The notes beneath the pieces are model-generated. The model searched no databases. It saw nothing but the letters and a program-made list of their open reading frames with translations, and was not told the origin of the DNA. This document shows, piece by piece, positions 1 to 8,322 of a DNA stretch of 30,729 nt (the stretch's first letter is position 1; each line of letters opens with the position of its first letter). Made by a program: the position numbers and the translations under genes. Source of the DNA: a virus (lineage: Duplodnaviria; Caudoviricetes); IMG/VR virus record IMGVR_UViG_3300037458_000362, positions 1 through 30,729 of that record; one strand, 5' to 3'.

Positions 1-83
1 CTGCGGAGCCGCACCAGCAAAAGCAAATCTTGAAAAAACATTTGACTACTTTTTGAGACGCTTTCTATGTAAAAGAGGTAACA

Positions 84-476
84 ATGGCAGGAAAACCGAA
101 GACAAAACCATCGCCGGGATGGGGTGGAGCGCGGGCAGGCGGCGGCAGGAAGCCTATTAACCAACTTTCGGACGCAGAATCAAAAAAACTATTTAGGGAG
201 ATCAAGAAACGCACTAAGATTGAGGGCCGGAACTGGCAGGCTGTGCTTTTGGATTTCGTTTTTGGGAAAGACTTGGTTACGGGCATAGGTTTGGACCTTA
301 CAGGCAAGGAGCGGCTTACGGCTTTGAGGCTTATAGCCGATTTGGCCGTTGCCAAGCAAAGCGAACAAACCGTGAACGTGAACCGCACCGATGGACCGTC
401 AATCGGGCTCCCCCCGGCGCGGCAGGACCCGGCGAAGTTGGTTGCGTTAGAGGGCAAGAAAGCCGCCAATGAGTGA
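84..476 (+). CDS. terS: Putative terminase small subunit
   Basis: GAGG RBS upstream; N-terminal GGARAGGGRKP motif typical of small terminases; 3' end overlaps the large terminase start. Confidence 0.65.
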   Translation: MAGKPKTKPSPGWGGARAGGGRKPINQLSDAESKKLFREIKKRTKIEGRNWQAVLLDFVFGKDLVTGIGLDLTGKERLTALRLIADLAVAKQSEQTVNVNRTDGPSIGLPPARQDPAKLVALEGKKAANE

Positions 477-1902
477 ATGGTATCCGTTCCCCGGGCCGCA
501 GTTTGAGTTTTGCAGCCGGGGTGAGTTTGAAGTGCTTTTCGGAGGCGCGGCCGGCCCCGGCAAGACCGATTGCCTTATCATGGAGGCGACCAGGGATGTG
601 TTGCATTCTGACTACAGCGGGATACTATTCAGGAGGACTTTCCCGCAGTTACAGGAGATAGTTGACCGCTGCTGGCGCTGGTATCCAAAGATTGGCGGGC
701 AATACCGGGCGACCGAGCACCGTTGGTACTTCCCGAGCGGGGCTAAAATCACGCTAAGCCATATGCAGCATGAAGCCGACATGTATAACCACCAGGGGAA
801 GGAATATCATTTTGCAGGGTTCGACGAATTGACCCAGTTCACAAAAGCCCAATATCTTTACATCTTTAGCCGTGTTCGCGGAACAAATCCAGATATACCT
901 TTGCGAGTCAGGAGCACTACTAACCCCGGCGGCATAGGCCATGCTTGGGTAAAAGAGCGGTTTGTAGATATTACCATTGCCGGGCAGACGTATATTGACC
1001 CGGTAACGGGGTTGTCACGCGCATTTGTCCCCGCAAAAGTAACAGACAACCCGATGCTTGTCCTAAATGACCCCACCTACGTCAAGCGCCTTGAAGCCTT
1101 GCCAGAGATCGAAAAGAAGCGCCTGCTTTACGGCGATTGGGAATCATTCAGCGGGCAAGTGTTTACAGAGTTGTCTCAACGCATACACGGCTGCCAGCCG
1201 TTTGAAGTCCCGCCTGAGTGGACCAAGCTGATGGCTTTTGACTGGGGTTTCGCCCGACCGTGGGTGGCGTTGTATGCCGCAGTAGATTATGAAAACACGC
1301 TTTACATTTACCGGGAGATATACGGGTTGAAACCCGACCATGTGAACGTTGGTGTGCGGCAAAGCAACGATGAAATTTGTTCGGTCATAAAAAACACCGA
1401 GAAGGAAAAGATCGGCGTCCGTGTGGCTGATCCGGCCTGTTGGTCGCCTACCATGCGGAACAATAAAATCACAGGACCGTCGTTTCAGGAGGACGCCGCA
1501 AGATTTGGCCTCTTTTTTTTAAAGGCAGATAATGATAGAATACGCGGAAAACAACAAGTCCATCAGCGGCTTCAACTTGAAACCGATACTGACCCGATAA
1601 CCGGGGAGGTTAAAAAAGAGTGGCCGCGCCTTGTGGTATTTAACAGTTGTACGAATTGGTGGCGCACGATGATGGAGTTAAGGGAGTCACCAAAGGACGC
1701 TGAGGACGTTGACACCGACCAGGAAGACCACCTTTACGACTGCACCCGGTATTTGTGCATGAGCCGACCAATCACCCCCCGCCGCAAACATGACATTCCG
1801 CAGGGAACTTTTGCAGCCGAGCGCCGGCGCATGATTAGGGCGAAGGAATACTGCCGCCGTCATGGAGTCAGTCTCGATGCTGCTTACGCAAGGGTTAGGT
1901 AA
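469..1902 (+). CDS. terL: Terminase large subunit
   Basis: Walker A GGAAGPGKT, Walker B FAGFDELTQF, STTNPGG coupling motif, nuclease motifs AFDWG and EDHLYDCTRY. Confidence 0.96.
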   Translation: MSEWYPFPGPQFEFCSRGEFEVLFGGAAGPGKTDCLIMEATRDVLHSDYSGILFRRTFPQLQEIVDRCWRWYPKIGGQYRATEHRWYFPSGAKITLSHMQHEADMYNHQGKEYHFAGFDELTQFTKAQYLYIFSRVRGTNPDIPLRVRSTTNPGGIGHAWVKERFVDITIAGQTYIDPVTGLSRAFVPAKVTDNPMLVLNDPTYVKRLEALPEIEKKRLLYGDWESFSGQVFTELSQRIHGCQPFEVPPEWTKLMAFDWGFARPWVALYAAVDYENTLYIYREIYGLKPDHVNVGVRQSNDEICSVIKNTEKEKIGVRVADPACWSPTMRNNKITGPSFQEDAARFGLFFLKADNDRIRGKQQVHQRLQLETDTDPITGEVKKEWPRLVVFNSCTNWWRTMMELRESPKDAEDVDTDQEDHLYDCTRYLCMSRPITPRRKHDIPQGTFAAERRRMIRAKEYCRRHGVSLDAAYARVR

Positions 1903-3776
1903 TGGCAAAAAAGAAAAAGGCCGCTGAAACCCAAAAGATTTGGGAAGAACGGATTAACCGAGCTAAGCAGGTAAAAAAGAACTGGAAAGATCTATTCAAA
2001 GTTGCGCTTGCCCTTGAATATCTGGATGGCAAACAGAGGCCAGAAGGCTACGACGCTAACGAATGGATAACGGTTAACAACGTCTATTCCCACCTAAAAG
2101 CGCAACTCCCCGCGTTGTATTCGACCGACCCATATTTCTATGTCAAGGTAAAGCGTTCATACACTCCGATCCGGCAAATGATCGACGCCTACGAGAAGAA
2201 GGCGAAAGTCCGTCAATCGAATCTAAACTACTACAAAGACGAGTTGGACCTTAAAACCAAGGCGCGGCTTGGCATACAGGATGCCATGTTCGCATTTGGC
2301 GTGCTGCGGGTTGAGCATGTTTCAACCCTGATAGAAAACCCAGATGCCGGAAAGCCAGCCATTAAGGATTCTGATGCCGATGAACCGGAAGAACTACTTG
2401 GCGATGACGGTCAGCCTATCATTGAGCCTGATTTCATCCCGGTAAACAGCCGATACAATATCGCCAGGGTCCATTTTGACGATTTTCTATTCGATGAAGA
2501 CGCCGGAACACTGCAAGATTCATGGTCCTGGGTTGCAGAACGAATGCGGATACCGTTCTCGGACGTTGAAAAAAACCCAATGTTCAAAAAGTCGGCCGTT
2601 AAAGCGTTGCGCGGCAAGGGTTCGACCGAGGACGATGAAGTAAAGGCCCGCGATGACCGCAAAAAGGGCGACATTAAAGACAACCGTGGCGGTTCTAACC
2701 GTTATTTTGGCGAAAATCAGGATCAGGTGACGCCAGAAATTGCCGTGCTTTGGAAAATTTGGGACTTGAAGGCTAAAAAGTGGCTTGTCATTGGAGAAAA
2801 CGGCGAGGAACCGCTGATAGACGAGTCGGAATACCCGAAAGGCGTTGAAGATCACCCGTATTCGATTCTCCGTTTCACCTACCGGGACGATTCTCCGTAT
2901 CCGATCCCTCCGATGAGCCAGGGATTGGACCCCGCCAAGGAATATAACGTGGCGCGGTCTGACATTTTGAAGCATCGCAAGCGGTTTAACCGCAAATATG
3001 TCATTTATGGTCCCGCGTTTGACGACGCCGAGGGGGCAGCAAGCAAGCTACAGTACGGCGACGATGGGACTTGCATCGTTGCATCTATGCAGGGCGACGT
3101 CGTTAGCCCGATTCAGGATGCCCAGCTCGACCAGATGCGATGGCAGGAAATGGGCTATCTCAAAAATGAGATGGTTGAACTTTTCGGTGGCAGCACCGGG
3201 GAATCACGCGGCATAGCCGAGGCCGACAGCGCAACGCAGGCCGGTATCCTTGATAGCCGGATGCAGATGAAGGAAGGTGACGCGCTAAGCATGGTCACGG
3301 ACTGGGTGAAGTCGGTCGCTCGCAAGCTGGACCAGCTTATCCAGGCTCACATTGACGTTGTTCAGGCCGTGCGCGTTACTGGGGCCGATGGCATGGAGTA
3401 CATGGAAGTCATCACCCCAGAGGACTACGACGCAATCAACGGCGAATTTGTCTACGACGTTAACGTGGGTTCTACCATGCCGAAACTGCCGCAGATGGAG
3501 CGGGCGTCATGGCTGGCGTTTTTGCAGCTGCTTGGTCAGGTGCCGCAACTGATGACTTCGCGGCGGCTGTTGAAGCGCATGGCCGAAATGCACCACATTG
3601 AAGACGAGTCGATGCTTGAAGAACTGGTTAATATCGGCCGGATGATGATGCAGCAGGCGCAGGAGCCGTCTAAGCCTGGAAGTGTGGCGAACGTAAGCGA
3701 GTCGCGGCCGCAGTCGGCTATGGGCGGGCAATTCGGCGGCGCGGCGGCTGACCAGACGGCGGGGATGGGGGCTTAA
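1902..3776 (+). CDS. Portal protein (podovirus/P22-like)
   Basis: 624 aa, TAATG-coupled to terL; contains SATQAGI motif and a low-complexity Q/G/M-rich C-terminus typical of podovirus portals. Confidence 0.85.
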   Translation: MAKKKKAAETQKIWEERINRAKQVKKNWKDLFKVALALEYLDGKQRPEGYDANEWITVNNVYSHLKAQLPALYSTDPYFYVKVKRSYTPIRQMIDAYEKKAKVRQSNLNYYKDELDLKTKARLGIQDAMFAFGVLRVEHVSTLIENPDAGKPAIKDSDADEPEELLGDDGQPIIEPDFIPVNSRYNIARVHFDDFLFDEDAGTLQDSWSWVAERMRIPFSDVEKNPMFKKSAVKALRGKGSTEDDEVKARDDRKKGDIKDNRGGSNRYFGENQDQVTPEIAVLWKIWDLKAKKWLVIGENGEEPLIDESEYPKGVEDHPYSILRFTYRDDSPYPIPPMSQGLDPAKEYNVARSDILKHRKRFNRKYVIYGPAFDDAEGAASKLQYGDDGTCIVASMQGDVVSPIQDAQLDQMRWQEMGYLKNEMVELFGGSTGESRGIAEADSATQAGILDSRMQMKEGDALSMVTDWVKSVARKLDQLIQAHIDVVQAVRVTGADGMEYMEVITPEDYDAINGEFVYDVNVGSTMPKLPQMERASWLAFLQLLGQVPQLMTSRRLLKRMAEMHHIEDESMLEELVNIGRMMMQQAQEPSKPGSVANVSESRPQSAMGGQFGGAAADQTAGMGA

Positions 3777-4057
3777 TGCTTCGACTGTATGACTTTCGGT
3801 GTCCGGCTTGCGACGGTGTGGCTGAGCGGCTTGTGAATGACGGTGAAAAGGTAAAAAGCGCCTGCTGCGGGGCCGTCATGGAACGCCTGCCTCCGCGCAT
3901 CAACATCAACATGGGCCCGGCAGGGGCGCATGGCTATTACGATGAAAATCTCGGCACCTACGTCAACACCAATCGCCAGCGCCGGGAGCTGTGCAGGCAG
4001 CAGGGGGTTACGCCGAAAGGCGACACGCCAAAGCCGGATGGGGAGGCTTGGGTATGA
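3776..4057 (+). CDS. FmdB-like zinc-ribbon protein
   Basis: LYDFRCPAC...ACCG..MERL pattern; TAATG coupling to the portal; this gene type is common between portal and scaffold. Confidence 0.8.
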   Translation: MLRLYDFRCPACDGVAERLVNDGEKVKSACCGAVMERLPPRININMGPAGAHGYYDENLGTYVNTNRQRRELCRQQGVTPKGDTPKPDGEAWV

Positions 4058-4515
4058 GAATAACAGAACCGATTAATGTTGTTTTCTGGCGCAGGGTTAT
4101 AAATACCGGCGTAGATACATGCTGGAAGTGGACAGGGTCTAAAAACGACAAGGGATATGGACAAATAAGAAATAACAAGAAAATATTTTATGCGCATAGG
4201 ATTTCATACGAAATCCACAACGGTAGCATTAATGATGGGCAGGTTGTCATACACAGCTGCGACAATCCAGAGTGCACAAACCCAAGACACTTAAAAGTTG
4301 GTAGTCAGGCTGACAATTTACACGACGCCTTTATGAAGGGCCGCATGAATGGTACGCCAATATTTGATAATGATGTCAGAGATATAATTAATCTATACAA
4401 TATACAAGGCTACACACAAAAACACATAGCAAAATTGTATGGTTGCAACCAATCGAACATTTGTAGAATAGTAAATAACAAAACACGAAAGGCGGCCCAA
4501 AACGCGCATCTGTGA
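4054..4515 (+). CDS. Free-standing HNH endonuclease with C-terminal HTH
   Basis: CWKWTG..KGYG...AHRISY...HSCDNPECTNPRHL...N motif; HTH-like TQKHIAKLYGCNQSNICRIV; ATGA overlap at 4054; visibly more AT-rich than its flanks. Confidence 0.9.
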   Translation: MRITEPINVVFWRRVINTGVDTCWKWTGSKNDKGYGQIRNNKKIFYAHRISYEIHNGSINDGQVVIHSCDNPECTNPRHLKVGSQADNLHDAFMKGRMNGTPIFDNDVRDIINLYNIQGYTQKHIAKLYGCNQSNICRIVNNKTRKAAQNAHL

Positions 4516-4699
4516 TTTCTGTTGGAGTTCAAGCGGCCTTCCGGTAGCTGCGGCAACGCAGGTTTCATTTGGTGCGACAGAAAGCCCGGATGAAATTTAC
4601 GACGCCTGCCAATCGTGCGCCATGACGGTTAAGGAATTGCTCAACCAGCCGAAAGAAGAAAAAAAGAATGGCCCCGGAAGACCTCGCAAAACTGCTTAA
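4499..4699 (+). pseudogene. Start-less reading frame for a CxxC...CxxC protein ending in GRPRK
   Basis: Manual translation KTRICDFCW...YDACQSCAMTVKELLNQPKEEKKNGPGRPRKTA*. There is no ATG/GTG/TTG between the in-frame TAA at 4472-4474 and the first CxxC. Confidence 0.5.
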
Positions 4700-4772
4700 A
4701 GCGCTTGAGAAAAAATTTCCATTGGTTTATCGGCATATTATTGCTACAATAAAGGCTATCCTTAACCAATAG
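4668..4772 (+). CDS. Small hypothetical protein (34 aa, not in ORF track)
   Basis: MAPEDLAKLLKALEKKFPLVYRHIIATIKAILNQ*; amphipathic helical pattern; fills the gap before the scaffold leader. Confidence 0.45.
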   Translation: MAPEDLAKLLKALEKKFPLVYRHIIATIKAILNQ

Positions 4773-4797
4773 CTTAACCTACAGCCCGACACGCCAC

Positions 4798-4832
4798 AAG
4801 CCTCTCGGTTACACGACCGGGAGGCTTTTTTT
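4798..4832 (+). terminator. Intrinsic-terminator-like hairpin overlapping the scaffold RBS
   Basis: AAGCCTCTCGGT-tacacg-ACCGGGAGGCTT 12-bp stem (one G-U pair), T7 run at 4826-4832, then ATG at 4833. Confidence 0.65.
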
Positions 4833-5711
4833 ATGGCAGACGATGCGGCCCCCGCGACCACGGACGGACAAGCCGGCGGCGGATCTGCTGCTATCACGCA
4901 GACAACCGACGTGGCATCCACAAGTGATAGCGGACAAGGCGTTAAGGCATCAGGCGACAGCGGGACCAGCAGAACAACCCCGAAGGACTCTGCTTCTCAA
5001 GGCACCGACGAACCCACCTTTTTTGACCCCAAACAAGTTCCGGCTGAGCTGCAAGGCAATTACAAGTCCATGCAGGCGGCTTTTACCAAAGCGATGCAGA
5101 AAATATCGGGAGAGCGGAATAAGGTCGCATTTTACGACCAGTTTTCGCAGGACCCGGTAGGGAACATGCAGCGCTTGGCGGCGCAGTACGGCTACCGCAT
5201 GACGCGGGAACAGGCGGCGGCGGCGGTGAACGACCAGGACCAGGGCGGAGGCATTCCTCAGAACTGGGAACCGAAGTCATGGGAAGAAGTTTTCAGCAAG
5301 GCCGAGGAACGTGCGGCGGCAAAGATCTTCAAAAACCTGCAACCGCTGCTTGACGAGGTAAAAAGCCAAAAACGGGCCAGCATAGAACGCCAGCTTTCGG
5401 ATATAGACCCCGGCTGGCAGCAGTATGAGCAGGAAATGGCCGACCTCATTCAGCAAGTCCCTGGACTCGCCGCGCACCCCGAGAAACTTTACCGCCTTGC
5501 AGTACCGCCAGATGTGATCGAAAGCCGCGCCACCCAAAAGGCAATCAAGCGCCTTGAGGACAAGGCGAAGAGCGCGGCCGGAGCCGGGGGCAGCACCACA
5601 ACCAAAAAACCGAGCGCACTTGACCCGAATCAACGGTTTACTTCCGTGCATGAGGCTGCGGCCTGGGCGCGGAGCAAGCTGGCAGAAGAAGGCAAGCAGC
5701 CTCCAAAATAG
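4833..5711 (+). CDS. Capsid scaffolding protein
   Basis: Disordered acidic/Ser-Thr N-terminus, YKSMQAAFTKAMQ helix, located directly upstream of the major capsid gene. Confidence 0.8.
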   Translation: MADDAAPATTDGQAGGGSAAITQTTDVASTSDSGQGVKASGDSGTSRTTPKDSASQGTDEPTFFDPKQVPAELQGNYKSMQAAFTKAMQKISGERNKVAFYDQFSQDPVGNMQRLAAQYGYRMTREQAAAAVNDQDQGGGIPQNWEPKSWEEVFSKAEERAAAKIFKNLQPLLDEVKSQKRASIERQLSDIDPGWQQYEQEMADLIQQVPGLAAHPEKLYRLAVPPDVIESRATQKAIKRLEDKAKSAAGAGGSTTTKKPSALDPNQRFTSVHEAAAWARSKLAEEGKQPPK

Positions 5712-5719
5712 AGGACTAA

Positions 5720-6829
5720 ATGGCAACTATCGGGACCAATCCTTCACCAAGCACCAATACCGTTTACTATGACAGTCTCTTGACGACTACGCTGATGGCG
5801 TACCGCAAGGAACTGGTGGACAACATTTTCAAAGACTCCGCTTTTTTGTCTTACCTTCGCATGAAGGGTGCTGTCAAAAAGCAGAACGGCGGAGAGCGGG
5901 CGTCTATCCCGCTGATGTACGGAACCAATAAAACCGTATCGACTCACGGTGGATATTCCGTGATCGATACCACCCCGCAGGAAGGTTTTACCACGGCGTT
6001 TTATGAGTGGGCCGAGGTCGCTGGCAGCATCTCTATTAGCCGCAAAGAGGAACGGCAGAACAGTGGCGAGGGCCGACTCATCGACCTGTTGGCTTCGAAA
6101 GTGAAACAGGCCGAAATGAGCATGCGTGAAAAACTGAATAGCGACCTGATCCTTGGGACCGTCAGTTCTTCGACGTTCGTGCCCGACTCAGCGCAGGACG
6201 GCAGCAAGGGTCTTCTGCCTCTCGGTTTTTTCCTCCGCAAACTGAACGCTACCGACCCGACCGCGCCGACCACCGTGGGAAACATCTCGTCTGCTTCCTA
6301 CGACTGGTGGAGACACAAGACCGGCTGGGTGAACAACCAGAACGTGACCGGAAACAGCTTCTACGCTTCTGTTACCACTTACGCCGGCCTGAAAGCCTAT
6401 CTGCGCCGGATGTATAACTACTGTTCACGCGGTAGCGGCGGTGCTCCTAATCTGGTGCTTTTCGATCAGGTGTCTTTTGAAACTTACGAGAACGCACTTG
6501 ACGCCAGCATGCGGTACACTGATACCAAGATGGCCGACATGGGATTTGACACCATCAAACTGCGCGGGGCTACCTGCATTTGGGACGAAGTTGTACCGGA
6601 CATTTATACCGGGACGGCGGCTATCACTGTCGGCAGCGCGTTTTTCCTGAACACCGATTTTTACGGCCTGATGATCGACAGCGAAACGGACATCATCACG
6701 ACCCCGTTTGTCGAGCCAGAGAATCAGACGGCCAAAACTGCCAAGGTTCTTTTCATGGGGCAGGCTTGGTGCAGCAACCTTCGCAAGCTCGGAGTACTGG
6801 GCGGCATTTCGCAGTCTATCGTTTCTTAA
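5720..6829 (+). CDS. Major capsid protein
   Basis: 369 aa after the scaffold with GAGG RBS; motifs LVDNIF, GGER..IPLMYG.N, ISRKEERQNSGE and MGFDTI resemble HK97-fold capsids of uncultured podoviruses. Confidence 0.9.
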   Translation: MATIGTNPSPSTNTVYYDSLLTTTLMAYRKELVDNIFKDSAFLSYLRMKGAVKKQNGGERASIPLMYGTNKTVSTHGGYSVIDTTPQEGFTTAFYEWAEVAGSISISRKEERQNSGEGRLIDLLASKVKQAEMSMREKLNSDLILGTVSSSTFVPDSAQDGSKGLLPLGFFLRKLNATDPTAPTTVGNISSASYDWWRHKTGWVNNQNVTGNSFYASVTTYAGLKAYLRRMYNYCSRGSGGAPNLVLFDQVSFETYENALDASMRYTDTKMADMGFDTIKLRGATCIWDEVVPDIYTGTAAITVGSAFFLNTDFYGLMIDSETDIITTPFVEPENQTAKTAKVLFMGQAWCSNLRKLGVLGGISQSIVS

Positions 6830-6897
6830 CCTTTAACCCGTAACAAAACGGCGGGCGCGGCCCGCGTCAGTCACAACAAACGGAAGGAGAAGTAAAA

Positions 6898-8048
6898 ATG
6901 CTTTGGCAGAGGATTAGCAGGACCAACCCTGAAAAATGCTTCATCATCGTCAAGAACAGCTACAGCACTGCAAGCCTGACCGACGGGCAGGCGGTGATTT
7001 GGGATTAACGAATAGTCCCCCGTCGGCGCAATGGGCCTAACGCAAGATTTCTTAAAGACTCTGGATGAATAGATACATGAGCAGAACGGTTAACAAGCAA
7101 AAGGTTCTCAAGCGAGTTGTTGAGCTTGTTTCCGTCTATGTGGTGGACAATCTCGTTAGAGCAAAGTCTTCTGCCGAGATGTTTTTCCATAACGTAACGA
7201 TGCTCAAGAGTCGTGCCGCTTTCGGTCTTTATGACTTTGTAACCATGATTCCCGATGTAGCAGTCCCCTTCTCCGTTAGCTCTCTTTTTTCGGAAAAGAG
7301 GATCGCCATATCGCTTAAACCGAAGCCCGTGCTTGTTGCAGAAGCCGTTCCCTCTTACCGGCTTGCAACACCCTTCAATTTTGCAAAGATTCGGGGAATC
7401 ATGTTTCTTGAAACGGCCGCTCACCGGGTCTTTAATCATTCGGTTCATTGCTTGTCCTCCATTACAACCAGTTTACTACAGACGCTAATGGTTGTCAATC
7501 GGAACGATGGTTCACAGCGGGTGAATTCAGGGGAAGCCCCAACGGGTAACGCCGTGGGTAATCCTGAGCCAAGCCGGCGGTACACCGCCGGAAGGTGCAA
7601 CGACTACCGGAGTGGTTTAGTCCACTTAATGACCGGCATGAGCGCCCGCCCCGAAAGGGAAGAGATAGTCTACTCCTTGCAGTAATGCAAGGTAGCAAGG
7701 TTCGGAACCGATGTTGATGGCGTCGGCGTTACCCGCCCGACGGCCCGAGCCACTAACGCTGGGGTTGCAATTGCAGGTATCGCGGCCGAGACTATCGCGG
7801 CAGGCGACTATGGCATGGTACAGGTTTACGGCTACCATGCGGCTGTCCGCGTGCGCAACATGACCGGCGGCTCCCCTGCGGTTGCAGCCGGTTCTCCGCT
7901 CGCGCTCAATTCGGCGGGGTCCGTGTTTTGCCTGGAGAACTGGGACACCGGCAGCACCAACCTGCAAGTGCATAGCTGCGGGTTTGCCCTGGCGGCCCAA
8001 GCCTCCTGGACCACAAAGGCCGTCGCTGCTTTTCTGAAGTGCCTGTAA
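6898..8048 (+). CDS. Intron-split capsid cement/decoration-like protein: exon 1 6898-7005, exon 2 7701-8048, 151 aa after splicing
   Basis: AAGGAG RBS and ATG 6898. Exon 1 MLWQRIS...GQAVIWD joins in frame to FGTDVDGVGVT...AGIAAETIAAGDYGMVQVYG...FLKCL*. Exon 2 is in frame with listed ORF 7815-8048. Cement call rests on position after the MCP and the AGIA..I..GDYG.VQ.YG pattern. Confidence 0.85.
7005..7448 (-). CDS. Intron-borne HNH homing endonuclease, antisense to the intron
   Basis: CKIEGC..P....FCNKH zinc motif; EHRYVMEKHLGR...VHHIDGNKLNN..ENL HNH motif; GGAGG RBS 7 nt before the ATG on the minus strand. Confidence 0.92.
   Translation of the reverse strand: MNRMIKDPVSGRFKKHDSPNLCKIEGCCKPVRGNGFCNKHGLRFKRYGDPLFRKKRANGEGDCYIGNHGYKVIKTESGTTLEHRYVMEKHLGRRLCSNEIVHHIDGNKLNNSLENLLLVNRSAHVSIHPESLRNLALGPLRRRGTIR
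7006..7700 (+). ncRNA. Group I self-splicing intron (probably subgroup IA, extra helix between P7 and P3')
   Basis: P1 GGGAU|UA-acgaa-UAGUCCC with U-G at the splice site; P10 CGAA(7009-7012)/exon 2 UUCG; P3 GCGGG 7517-7521/CCCGC 7645-7649; P4 UCAGG 7527-7531/CCUGA 7563-7567; P7 GACUA 7602-7606/UAGUC 7666-7670; P8 CCC-GAAA-GGG; P9 CCUUGCA-GUAA-UGCAAGG; terminal G 7700. Confidence 0.93.
7470..7498 (-). promoter_or_regulatory. Sigma70-type promoter for the antisense intron HNH
   Basis: Minus strand reads TTGACA (7498-7493), 17 nt, TAAACT (7475-7470), then GGAGG and ATG. Confidence 0.75.
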
Positions 8049-8058
8049 ACCAATAACA

Positions 8059-8082
8059 GGCGGGGGGCTTCGGCCCCTCGCC
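8059..8082 (+). other. Stable cUUCGg hairpin after the capsid genes (mRNA stabiliser or weak terminator)
   Basis: GGCGGGGGGC-TTCG-GCCCCTCGCC; no U-tract on the + strand. Confidence 0.6.
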
Positions 8083-8106
8083 AAACCAATCCGATAGGGG
8101 GATTGC

Positions 8107-8322
8107 ATGAAAGAATCTTTTACTGATCCAGTTGTAAGATGCACCGATTGCCAAAGGCTTATCACGCGGGCAGAAATCAGGAAATACGGCCTCTGTCCAG
8201 ATTGCGGGAACAAACGGGTGCGTAACGTGCTGGTGCTGAGCGGCAAAGAAGTCGAGCGCCTTAAAGAGATGGACATCGACCCCGCTTTTCTTGCAGAGTT
8301 TACGGCGGTAGACAATGGCTAA
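8107..8322 (+). CDS. Small zinc-finger protein
   Basis: RCTDC...LCPDCG; GGGGGA RBS; overlaps the next gene's start. Confidence 0.75.
   Translation: MKESFTDPVVRCTDCQRLITRAEIRKYGLCPDCGNKRVRNVLVLSGKEVERLKEMDIDPAFLAEFTAVDNG

Noticed and set aside
42-71. Possible promoter TTGACT-18-TATGTA before terS
   Set aside because: Weak -10 match and non-optimal spacing; cannot be supported from sequence alone.
1513-1524. T8 run and in-frame slippery heptamer T TTA AAG in terL
   Set aside because: The -1 frame stops within three codons and would truncate the nuclease domain; no clear stimulatory structure.
3991-4053. Longer N-terminus of the first HNH as given in the ORF track
   Set aside because: It overlaps the zinc-ribbon gene; the ATGA coupling and composition shift at 4054 mark the likelier start.
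7065-7685. 206-aa + strand ORF inside the intron
   Set aside because: Shadow of the antisense HNH running into the ribozyme core; no protein motif.
7626-8315. 229-aa minus-strand ORF
   Set aside because: Antisense to exon 2, the intron core and the zinc-finger gene; no motif or RBS.
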